Of a stretch of 64,000 nucleotides of DNA, positions 9,300 to 17,816 are shown piece by piece. The first letter of the stretch is position 1; every line of letters begins with the position of its first letter. This stretch comes from Hyphomonas sp. (lineage in GTDB: Bacteria; Pseudomonadota; Alphaproteobacteria; Caulobacterales; Hyphomonadaceae). Under the pieces are notes generated by a model. It was not told where the DNA came from, made no database searches, and was given only the letters and a program-made list of their open reading frames with translations. The position numbers and the translations under genes were made by a program. Location: NCBI GenBank assembly GCA_041398365.1, contig JAWKUV010000011.1, forward strand, positions 18,626 to 82,625, written 5' to 3'.

Positions 9300-11111
9300 A
9301 TGAGACAGACATTCGACATCAAGGGCGGCCCGCAACTCGGGGTCCAGCACCTGCCGCTGCTTCGCAAGGAGCTTTCCGCCATGGGCCTCGACGGCATGTA
9401 TGTGCCGCACGACGACGAGTACCAGAACGAATACCTGCCGGACGCGAACGAGCGTCTTGCCTGGGTGTCGGGCTTTACCGGCTCGTTCGGCTCGGCCTTC
9501 GTGTTCCTGGACAAGGCGGTGATCTTCGCCGACGGGCGCTACACGCTGCAGGCGGCCGACCAGACCGATCCCGGCCTCTGGGAGCGTCAGGGCATTCCTG
9601 AACCCGGCGCCTTCGGCTGGCTGGCCAAGCAGAAACTGGTCGGCAGGAAGATCGGCTACGATCCGCGCCTGATGAGCCCGAACGATGTCGACACGCTTCA
9701 GGCCGCCGCCGCCAAGGCCGGTGCCGTCCTCGTGGCGCTGGAGGTGAACCCGATCGACCGCGCCTGGGAAGACCGCCCGCCGCAGCCGACCGCGGAAGTC
9801 GTTCCGTACAATGTCAAATATGCCGGCATTGCGCATGACGAGAAGCGCGCCGAGATCGGCAAGGCGCTGGAAGAGGCGGGGGTCGATGCGGCCGTGCTGA
9901 CCTCGCCGGCCTCGCTCGCCTGGGCGTTCAACATCCGGGGCGGCGATGTCTATTGCACGCCGCTGCCGCTTGGCCGCGCCATCCTGTTCAAGGACGGCAC
10001 CGCAGATCTCTTCCTCGACGAGGTGAAAGTCTCGCCGAAACTGCGCAAGCATCTCGGCAACACGGTTACAGTCCGCCCGCTGTCCGAACTGGAAGACGGG
10101 CTGGGCGAGCTTTCCGGCAAGACGGTCAGCCTTGACCCGGATCTCGCCTCGGCCTGGTTCTTCGACAAGGTGGCGACCGCCGGCGGCAAGATCGTGCGCC
10201 AGCGCGACCCCGTTGCCCTGCCGCGCGCCTGCAAGAACGCCGCGGAGATCAAGGGCACGACGGCCGCCCATATCCGCGACGGCGTGGCCCTGACCCGCTT
10301 CCTGCACTGGCTCGACACCGAAGCCCAGAGCGGCAAGGTGACCGAGATCGAAGCGACGATGAAACTCGAAGCCTTCCGCGATGACGTGGATGGCCTTGCA
10401 GACCTGTCCTTCCCGTCGATTTCCGGCGCGGTGGAACATGGCGCGCTGCCTCACTATCGCGTCTCGACCGCTTCGGATCGCACACTCGAGCGCGGTTCTC
10501 TCTTCCTGATCGATTCCGGCGGTCAGTACCCGGACGGAACGACGGACGTGACCCGGACCGTGCCGATCGGCACGCCGACGGCGGACATGGTCCGCCATTA
10601 CACGCTGGTTCTGAAAGGGCATATCGCGCTCTCGCTGGTCCGCTTCCCGCCGGGCACGACGGGCACGCATCTCGATGCGCTGGCCCGCCATGCATTGTGG
10701 CAGGCCGGGCTCGACTACCAGCATGGCACCGGCCATGGCGTCGGGGTGTATCTCGGCGTGCACGAAGGCCCGCACCGGATCGCGAAGCCGTGGAATGCCG
10801 TGCCGCTGGCGCCCGGCATGATCGTCTCGAACGAGCCCGGCTATTACCGCGAAGGCGAATACGGCATCCGGATCGAGAACCTGCAATATGTCACCCCGCC
10901 GGCACCCATCGCGGGCGGCGAGATCGACATGCTGGGCTTCGAATACCTGACCATCGCTCCGCTGCACCGCGGCCTGATCGATGTGAAGCTGCTTTCAAAG
11001 GACGAACGCAAGTGGGTCAACGACTACCACAAGCGCGTCTGGAAGCTGCTCAGCCGCAAACTGCCGGACGACGTGAAAGCCTGGCTGAAGGACGCCACCG
11101 CGCGGATCTGA
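9300..11111 (+). CDS. Aminopeptidase P family (M24, Xaa-Pro aminopeptidase)
   Basis: GFTGSFG, DSGGQYPDGTTDVTRT, HGTGHGVG..VHEGP, SNEPGYY, GIRIENL. Confidence 0.95.
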   Translation: MRQTFDIKGGPQLGVQHLPLLRKELSAMGLDGMYVPHDDEYQNEYLPDANERLAWVSGFTGSFGSAFVFLDKAVIFADGRYTLQAADQTDPGLWERQGIPEPGAFGWLAKQKLVGRKIGYDPRLMSPNDVDTLQAAAAKAGAVLVALEVNPIDRAWEDRPPQPTAEVVPYNVKYAGIAHDEKRAEIGKALEEAGVDAAVLTSPASLAWAFNIRGGDVYCTPLPLGRAILFKDGTADLFLDEVKVSPKLRKHLGNTVTVRPLSELEDGLGELSGKTVSLDPDLASAWFFDKVATAGGKIVRQRDPVALPRACKNAAEIKGTTAAHIRDGVALTRFLHWLDTEAQSGKVTEIEATMKLEAFRDDVDGLADLSFPSISGAVEHGALPHYRVSTASDRTLERGSLFLIDSGGQYPDGTTDVTRTVPIGTPTADMVRHYTLVLKGHIALSLVRFPPGTTGTHLDALARHALWQAGLDYQHGTGHGVGVYLGVHEGPHRIAKPWNAVPLAPGMIVSNEPGYYREGEYGIRIENLQYVTPPAPIAGGEIDMLGFEYLTIAPLHRGLIDVKLLSKDERKWVNDYHKRVWKLLSRKLPDDVKAWLKDATARI

Positions 11112-11127
11112 TGAAGTGCTACCCTCT

Positions 11128-11142
11128 CCCGTTTGGCGGGGG
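11128..11142 (+). repeat. Left target-site duplication (15 bp, CCCGTTTGGCGGGGG)
   Basis: Exact direct copy at 25010-25024, each copy immediately outside a TIR. Confidence 0.9.
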
Positions 11143-11185
11143 GGGGATAAAGCTAAGGCTGTTTCGTGTACCGCAACAAATTTTT
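11143..11185 (+). repeat. Left terminal inverted repeat (43 bp, imperfect)
   Basis: GGGGATAAAGC-T-AAG-GCTGTTTCG-TGTACCG-CAACAAA-TTTTT; 30/43 ungapped matches to the reverse complement of 24967-25009 (counted by hand). Confidence 0.88.
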
Positions 11186-11189
11186 CCAT

Positions 11190-13061
11190 CTATCCCAGGA
11201 CATATTCGTCAAATCTCTTCCCAAAGTCCGCCAACCGGGGAGCCGAACAAACAACCGTCAGCCAACTTCCGTTCTGGCTTCGCTTTAGTCTCGTCAACCC
11301 CGTGTATATCAATGCTAAGCTCTTGGGATCAGTGACTTCCTTCACGTATATTGTCAGTAGACGGGACTCCCATCCCTTGAAACTGTGCATCGTCGTCGCT
11401 TTGATTCTGGCGTCTCCCATATAGAATCCCATTTTCTGACGACGATTGTTTTCTCCGAAAGTATTTACCACTCGGACATTACGGCTCTCGATGCACTTCA
11501 CTACCTCAGCACCTGATTGTAAATCGCTGGCCAATATAGTGATATCGGCATTGGCGAGCCCCTTTGTTCCAGTCTGTCGCATCAAGTTCTCAACCTCGCG
11601 CAAACAAACTTGATCAGCGGCATTCCGCTCGCACTGCACCCAACGGAGGTGGCAAGGATACAACTCCAGCGCCCCCTGTTCGGGCTCCGGAAGATCGACG
11701 GCGTCTTTCGGCAAAAAAGTTTGCGCAAAGATCCTAGCCATATCTAGCGCCTTCGGCGGCAATCTGTAGCTGACACTGAGCTGTGACCAACGACCGGTGA
11801 AACCTGCGCCGGTCATCACTTCATCAGTCCAAGCTTTCGCGGTTCCATATACGTCTTGGGTTGCATCAGCCACGAAAAGGACCTCACCATCCGGCTTGTG
11901 CGATTTCCGTAGTACTGTCCACCATAGCGGTAGATAGTCCTGAGCCTCATCAACCAATATCGCATCGAACTTATTTGCTTCAGGATGCTGGACGGCCTCG
12001 TTCGCCAAGTTCGGCAATTCAACGCTCAAAATGGCTTCTAAAATCTCTTCCTCGTGCTTCTTCGACTGAGCCTCTGACAATCGCCTCCAAAGCGCATCGT
12101 ATCGCTCTCCCCAACCAATGTCGTAACAGGTCCGTTTGCACCAGTAATGGAAGTTCGCGAACTGAATATTCCGAATACGGGCCGGAGAATCCAACTCGCG
12201 TACAATCAAGTCACGCAGGTAGTGCCAGAGGGTTATGTTGTAGGTGGCGACAAGTATGGACTTGCCTTCGTTGGCGAGGCGGGCTGCCCGAGCAGCAAGC
12301 ACTAGTGACTTCCCAGACCCAGCAGGCCCTCTAAGGCGACGATATCGTGTATTGTCTTGGTTTTCGGCTAACCGACGTTGGTTCCGGTCCAATACCAGAG
12401 GCGTCCTCTGCGTCGAAGCAAAATCTGGTTCAACCAGCCAGCCTCGTAAATCCTTGGCGAGAGCTTCCGACATCACAATTGAGTTCGTCCGGCCACCTTC
12501 TGGAAAAACACCGTCAATGTCACCTTGGGCAACCTGCTCCGCACCACTGATCGGGCGGTACTGGGGGTAGTTGTCCGCCCGAATGAACGGTGACAGTAAT
12601 CTTGAGACTTCAGCCGCACCAGCAAACGGAAAGATGACCCCAGCTGTAATCGCAGCCAGACCATTCCGTGCTTGAAGCCGAGGACAGTATAGTTCGAATA
12701 TCTCCTTTTTGTACTGGCTCACCTTCGTGATTGGATTGTCTTTCTGAATACAAAACGACTTGCCATCCTTTTCGGCCCACAAGGCCGGATTCCCCCACTC
12801 ATCCTTTTTGATAAAGTACCTCATGGCATTGAGGTTCCAGTCCTTGACTTCAAAAACCGCAATACCTCCGTTGGGGTTCAATAATACAAAATCCGGTCGC
12901 AGCCCATTCAGGTGAGGTTGAATATATATTTCCCATTCCGGTGGCAGCTGCTGATTGAACAGTCTGAGTACCCGCTCTTCGCCAACGGTCAGCTGTTGCC
13001 GCAGAGCACTGTGGGTCGCCAAAGGAGGGTAGATTACTCGTTCATTGAGCATGCGAAGCAC
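11190..13061 (-). CDS. NERD nuclease domain - SF1 (UvrD-like) helicase fusion
   Basis: N-terminal PDFVLL..AVFEVKDW (NERD); Walker A GPAGSGKS, Walker B ILVDEAQD, SYRLP, TMHSFKGWE, YTGLTR. Confidence 0.85.
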   Translation of the reverse strand: MLRMLNERVIYPPLATHSALRQQLTVGEERVLRLFNQQLPPEWEIYIQPHLNGLRPDFVLLNPNGGIAVFEVKDWNLNAMRYFIKKDEWGNPALWAEKDGKSFCIQKDNPITKVSQYKKEIFELYCPRLQARNGLAAITAGVIFPFAGAAEVSRLLSPFIRADNYPQYRPISGAEQVAQGDIDGVFPEGGRTNSIVMSEALAKDLRGWLVEPDFASTQRTPLVLDRNQRRLAENQDNTRYRRLRGPAGSGKSLVLAARAARLANEGKSILVATYNITLWHYLRDLIVRELDSPARIRNIQFANFHYWCKRTCYDIGWGERYDALWRRLSEAQSKKHEEEILEAILSVELPNLANEAVQHPEANKFDAILVDEAQDYLPLWWTVLRKSHKPDGEVLFVADATQDVYGTAKAWTDEVMTGAGFTGRWSQLSVSYRLPPKALDMARIFAQTFLPKDAVDLPEPEQGALELYPCHLRWVQCERNAADQVCLREVENLMRQTGTKGLANADITILASDLQSGAEVVKCIESRNVRVVNTFGENNRRQKMGFYMGDARIKATTMHSFKGWESRLLTIYVKEVTDPKSLALIYTGLTRLKRSQNGSWLTVVCSAPRLADFGKRFDEYVLG

Positions 13062-13217
13062 CTATCCTTCTGTTGACAGGCACAAGCCCAGAACTTTTTG
13101 AAACATATTTAGAATCTGCCAGAGATGATTCCTTAGCCTAGTTAAACGCGAGGTTTAGACAACCAATCTTGCTTCGATGCTGTTTGGAAGCGCCCCTGTA
13201 GCAGGATCGGACGCGCA

Positions 13218-16172
13218 TTATTCCAGAAGGGCCGCTAGCATCTTTTCGAGTGATTTCGAGCTTACCAAGTTGGTAGAGTTCCGAACCGCGCTTACCGTGG
13301 TTTTTGATACACCGGCACGTCTACTCAACTCGTTCGAAGTTAAGCGGCCTTCCAACAATGCCTCCCGGACCGCAGCTTGCATCACTTCCGGGCTAGGCAA
13401 AGCCTGACCGAACTGGATTTCCGCGTCGGCCTTAAGCCCAAGCGCTTCATTCTCTTCCCATTCGTGACTTTCTTTGCCGACCTGCAATACACGCCTGACT
13501 TCAACACGGCGTCTATGAAGTTCGCCGCTGTTCAGACCGTCGCCATTACGGAACTTTGCTTCAGCGTGAATGTCGTAGTCTGACAGAGTGTCTGCCAATG
13601 TCGTAAGCCAGTGGGAATAATCTCCCCCCATATGGGCACCGCCCTTCCCATCATCCCGATGAAACACAAACGCGGATGCCTTTGTGCTGTCCCGGTCATA
13701 TGGCGCAATCAAATTGGGTTCGCCCGCATGTCGTTCGCACCAGGATGCAAACTCCGAAGCGGATTCATCGATTTCGCTACGGCGCTTCGACGGAAATCGT
13801 AGAAGAAAGTTGAACGGCTGAACGCCGTTGCGATACGCGCGGCCCTCATTGAAGCGGTCGAACCATTTGAAGAATTCCCATTTCGAAATCGTCGTTTGTC
13901 CGGCGGCAATCGAATGGAACCGATCATCATTGAAAAGAGAGAAGCCGTCACTGTCGCGGCCTTCTAGTGCGGCCTGACAGATCAGGCGCCAAAGTTCCGA
14001 CTGCCAATAGGGCGTACCTGTATCGATGGCGCCGGGCGGAGCTTCGAAAGGCGCTCGCCAGAAGCCAAGTCCGTGCGCGCTGGCTTTTCGGATTATGGCT
14101 TTGCCGTCCTTGATGTTGAACAAGGCGTAGCGCTTTGCAGATACGGCATAACAATAGAGCGGTTCCAATTGCCCTTTCACCGACGCGCTGAAATTCTCAT
14201 TCTCGAATTGCAAGATGGATTTGCCTGCCTGCCCAGCATAGGGATTGAGCGGCACGAACCAATCTAGCACCCGGCCAACGCGGGCATGAAATTCGGCGCG
14301 GTCCACATCGGACGGTTTCGCAAGCGCAAGTCCGTCTGTATCACAGAAACTCCAGATCAGACCCTCATCGAGCGCCTTACGCTCTGCCAGTGCAAGCATG
14401 AGGCGGGCAGCGCCTGTGATCAGTGTTGCCAGCAGGGGATGAAAGTACTCTCCCGGCGTCTCCACGATACCCGATTGAATTTCTTGCGCTTGCCCCATGA
14501 ACCCGAACAGCTTCTTGTTTGCCCGCATTTCCAAGTCTTCAGGGTTCATCTCGATGAGATGGCCATAGCTTGTCGAGTTGGCGATGATTTTGAGCGTGTC
14601 CTGTTCTGTATTCAAGCGATCATAGTCGGCGCCGCTGGCTTGGTCGCGGGCGGACTTAACTTCCTGTCGAAGTTCAATGAGACGCTTGAAGAAATCGTCT
14701 TTCGGCGGATCAATCCGGCCACTCTCAATACCAAGAATAGATTTGGTCTTCAGACTGCCTTGCGGCGCGCCGGGAGCAAAGCGAATTGCCTTCACGACTT
14801 CGGGCGTCTTGTTCGTAAGAAGTTTGGAGGCAACACAATCAGCGAGCGTGAACCATAGCGGTTCTTTTGACGTGAGGTAGTTCAAGCCGATGTTGGTTGC
14901 CTTGGACTTTCCAAATGCCGCGCGGACCGGAAGAAGGTCATCACTCGGTTTGACTTGGACAAGAGCGGTAAGGTTCCGCCATTCATCCTGACAAAGTAAT
15001 TTTTCCGGCGTTGCAGTACTCAAAAACGAACGCGCCCATTCGGTTGCAGTTTCGCTATCATCGACTTTCGTTTCATCTGCGATCAGAAAGCGCCACAACC
15101 CTTGTAGCGTGTTCACAGTAGGATACATCGACAGGAAGTCGGCATAGATAACCTCCCGAACGTCGCGCCGAATACGCACTTCCGTTCGTCCGCCATAATA
15201 ACTGCTCATTATGACGCCGATCAGTTCGGGGCTAAAGACGTTTTCCGTTTGACGCCAAGGCTTGATGCCCATCGCGCGCAAATACGCTTTGCCGATGGAT
15301 GCCTCACTGAACACATCCATCGGACGAAGATCAGACAGCTCATGTTGTGCCAGCCTGTCGAGCAATGCCTGATAACACTCCCAAGTGCAGTGAACATCAT
15401 TCCGCGCGTAATCGATGTATTTCGTTGTAAGCGGCGCGCCATGAGCTTCAGCGACAGACTTTTGCGTTTCCGTCTTCAGTAGCTTGGCGACGCTCCCCAG
15501 GCTACTCGCTCCCGTCAGCAATGCCGCCGCGAGCGTCTTCACATCCACGAAATAGCCGGGGTAGCCCGATCCATACTCCCGATGAAATTGAATGAATGCA
15601 CGTCGCCGATCCACATGCCGAATGCGCAAGTTCGGTCGGTTCCGATCCCGTGATAGGGTAAAGGTGAAACCACCCTTGAAGCGGCGGTCGAATGTACGAT
15701 CCTTTTTACCGTTCTCGTCTTTGCTCGTAGATCGAGAGGGCGAGACACTAAGTGCGAGACGTGACAGGTCGAAAGGAAGATTGAAGCCTACAATCGTTCC
15801 GGAAAGATCGTAGCAGCGTTTGAAAAGAATTTCTTCGGTGAAGTCCTCAAACGGCAGCAGGGGTAATCCGTGTTCGTCGGCGTATGTGCGAAGCAATTCC
15901 AATTCAGTTTTGGAGAGCGCCCCTTCGTCATAGAATAGTCCCTCATCCAGAAGGGTGCCGCCCTCTGTTCGAATGGCACCTTCATCCAGCCGATATGCAC
16001 CAAACCTTAGCCGCTGGGATGTATCCGTCCGGGTTTCACAGTCGAAGGTGAGGACGGGGCCAAGCGGTTCGGGTTGCTTGGGCTTCGGACCCGCTTTCAA
16101 TCTTCCCGCAAGATAAGCACGAAGCCGGATATCTATCGGCTCGATATCAACAGCAGGAGGTTCCAAATCCAT
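13218..16172 (-). CDS. polB: Family B DNA polymerase of the casposon, with C-terminal HTH
   Basis: ExoI TFDCET, ExoII GFNLPFDL, ExoIII YARNDV; polymerase motifs DFLSMYP, KIIANSTSYG, CDTDG, KRYAL. Start uncertain (16172, 16208 or 16229). Confidence 0.9.
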   Translation of the reverse strand: MDLEPPAVDIEPIDIRLRAYLAGRLKAGPKPKQPEPLGPVLTFDCETRTDTSQRLRFGAYRLDEGAIRTEGGTLLDEGLFYDEGALSKTELELLRTYADEHGLPLLPFEDFTEEILFKRCYDLSGTIVGFNLPFDLSRLALSVSPSRSTSKDENGKKDRTFDRRFKGGFTFTLSRDRNRPNLRIRHVDRRRAFIQFHREYGSGYPGYFVDVKTLAAALLTGASSLGSVAKLLKTETQKSVAEAHGAPLTTKYIDYARNDVHCTWECYQALLDRLAQHELSDLRPMDVFSEASIGKAYLRAMGIKPWRQTENVFSPELIGVIMSSYYGGRTEVRIRRDVREVIYADFLSMYPTVNTLQGLWRFLIADETKVDDSETATEWARSFLSTATPEKLLCQDEWRNLTALVQVKPSDDLLPVRAAFGKSKATNIGLNYLTSKEPLWFTLADCVASKLLTNKTPEVVKAIRFAPGAPQGSLKTKSILGIESGRIDPPKDDFFKRLIELRQEVKSARDQASGADYDRLNTEQDTLKIIANSTSYGHLIEMNPEDLEMRANKKLFGFMGQAQEIQSGIVETPGEYFHPLLATLITGAARLMLALAERKALDEGLIWSFCDTDGLALAKPSDVDRAEFHARVGRVLDWFVPLNPYAGQAGKSILQFENENFSASVKGQLEPLYCYAVSAKRYALFNIKDGKAIIRKASAHGLGFWRAPFEAPPGAIDTGTPYWQSELWRLICQAALEGRDSDGFSLFNDDRFHSIAAGQTTISKWEFFKWFDRFNEGRAYRNGVQPFNFLLRFPSKRRSEIDESASEFASWCERHAGEPNLIAPYDRDSTKASAFVFHRDDGKGGAHMGGDYSHWLTTLADTLSDYDIHAEAKFRNGDGLNSGELHRRRVEVRRVLQVGKESHEWEENEALGLKADAEIQFGQALPSPEVMQAAVREALLEGRLTSNELSRRAGVSKTTVSAVRNSTNLVSSKSLEKMLAALLE

Positions 16173-16962
16173 GATCGCGGTCGTCTTCCTCGGGCGGTCT
16201 GCTTGCATTCTCAATTGCCGCCCGAGCAACTTCGAGCCGCGCCTTCAGGAGCTTTCTAACGGCGTGCCTGAAGCTTCCATCTACCTCTTCAAGTACGCCT
16301 GCTCCCAAATGGGTGGCAAAGAAGCCTCTTACTTCAGGTTCCTCAATATCCCGTTCATCCGGCTGCTCGGTTTCCTGAAGCTGCGTAACCAGCGCGTGAT
16401 GATTTGCGCACAGATACACGGCGCGATCTGAATTTCGCTCCCGATCCACATGATGCACTTCAATCATGATGGGCCGAGACTCACCGCAAATGAAACAGGC
16501 ACAATTCGGAAACGGTGAAAGCGGGTCGATCTTCATTTGCCGCCGGATCGCCTTGCTCAACTCCCGCGCAACCCCGATTTCGTGCGAAGGCTCAGGTATT
16601 GCAGGTATCAACATCCGCTCGATAGCGACACTTTCTGAAATCCTGTTCAGTTCGAACTGAATGCGTACTTCATCGACAAGGACGCGCGGTAACGTCACGC
16701 TTGTATTCTTAGCCTTCTGAGCAGATGCCGCTTCGGGGAAGTGTTTCTTATTGAGAGCATAGAGCAGCTTTGCGTGGTTGTGACACAGCCAATCCCGATG
16801 CCGAGTTCCATCATCCTCTTCAATCGATACTTCGCGGAGTACGGCTGGATTGCATGTGGGACATACCGCGCAGGTCTCATTCTGCGACCTAGTTGTGCGC
16901 TGTGCCTTCATCGCACTTTGGGTTCTCGCAAGGTAGTCGGTTTCGTTCTGAAATTCGTTCAT
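16147..16962 (-). CDS. HNH endonuclease-like protein
   Basis: CFICGE...EVHHVD...VYLCANHHALV; a second degenerate CxxC...LCHNH unit near the N-terminus. Confidence 0.75.
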   Translation of the reverse strand: MNEFQNETDYLARTQSAMKAQRTTRSQNETCAVCPTCNPAVLREVSIEEDDGTRHRDWLCHNHAKLLYALNKKHFPEAASAQKAKNTSVTLPRVLVDEVRIQFELNRISESVAIERMLIPAIPEPSHEIGVARELSKAIRRQMKIDPLSPFPNCACFICGESRPIMIEVHHVDRERNSDRAVYLCANHHALVTQLQETEQPDERDIEEPEVRGFFATHLGAGVLEEVDGSFRHAVRKLLKARLEVARAAIENASRPPEEDDRDHGFGTSCC

Positions 16963-16974
16963 CGTTTTACTCCT

Positions 16975-17493
16975 TTACGCATAGATGCTGGCCGGATTGA
17001 ATTCGTCCGGCGGGAAGAGTTCAAAGAACGTGTCGAGAGACGCCAGCAGCTCATAGCGCTTTCCGTCGCGGTCTTTCACAAACTTGCGCCGCCACGGCAG
17101 AAGCTTCGAACGGTCACGAAACTTTCTGGCCGCATTTAAAGCTTCCCGGTGTTGGCGCGCGATGTGTGCCTCTTCACCTGTTGCTTCTATTCTTATCTCT
17201 CCATCAGACGTGACGATGTTCACGGAAACGGGCCGTCGATCTTCCAGGATGCGCAAGGGACGCCCGCGCTTGACTTCTACATCACCGAACGCGCGCACAT
17301 AGGCTGTTAGGTTCTCTCGGTCGATCTTGAACTCCTTCGCAGCAGACCGCAGGCTGATTTCGCCTCTGCGTATCTTGACGAATGCCCGTTCAAAGTCCCG
17401 TTGCCGCTCAGGGCTGAGCCCCTCAAAGTGGGTCGGGGCCGTCTCGGGCGTCCAGCGATACCGCTTCTGTTTGGTGGGCTTCCGACTGGCCAT
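16975..17493 (-). CDS. HTH DNA-binding protein of the casposon core
   Basis: SLRSAAKEFKIDRENLTAYV HTH pattern; first gene of the HTH-HNH-PolB operon. Confidence 0.65.
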   Translation of the reverse strand: MASRKPTKQKRYRWTPETAPTHFEGLSPERQRDFERAFVKIRRGEISLRSAAKEFKIDRENLTAYVRAFGDVEVKRGRPLRILEDRRPVSVNIVTSDGEIRIEATGEEAHIARQHREALNAARKFRDRSKLLPWRRKFVKDRDGKRYELLASLDTFFELFPPDEFNPASIYA

Positions 17494-17816
17494 GTCTCAA
17501 TTCCTTACGCAACGTCCGGGTGCGTCCTGCACACCTCCAGGACAAGCACATATGATGCCATGAGCGTAGTTCAAGGTTTTCAGTATACGGTTCGTTTTTG
17601 ACGAAAATTCACGGCATTTTTTTGCTCCGAATTTGCGCTGATTTCCTCGTCATTTTCTCAGGCGAAATTGCGAAGAAATGTGCGGCGCAAAATCCTGCCG
17701 AAGACGACCCCCGGAATGAGCCGAGATTTTTGGTGCTTTTTTGCGCGAAAAATCGCTTGAAGAACTGATCGAAAAATCGGGCGTTTTGGCTCTCATTTTG
17801 CTAGTATGGAAGTCTA

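Noticed and set aside
11138-11146. G9 tract as a phase-variation site
   Set aside because: Explained as five G from the TSD plus four G from the TIR; it is intergenic.
13062-13217. LexA box controlling casposon genes
   Set aside because: Best match is GAAC-N6-AAAC, with wrong spacing and a mismatch; none found upstream of cas1 either.
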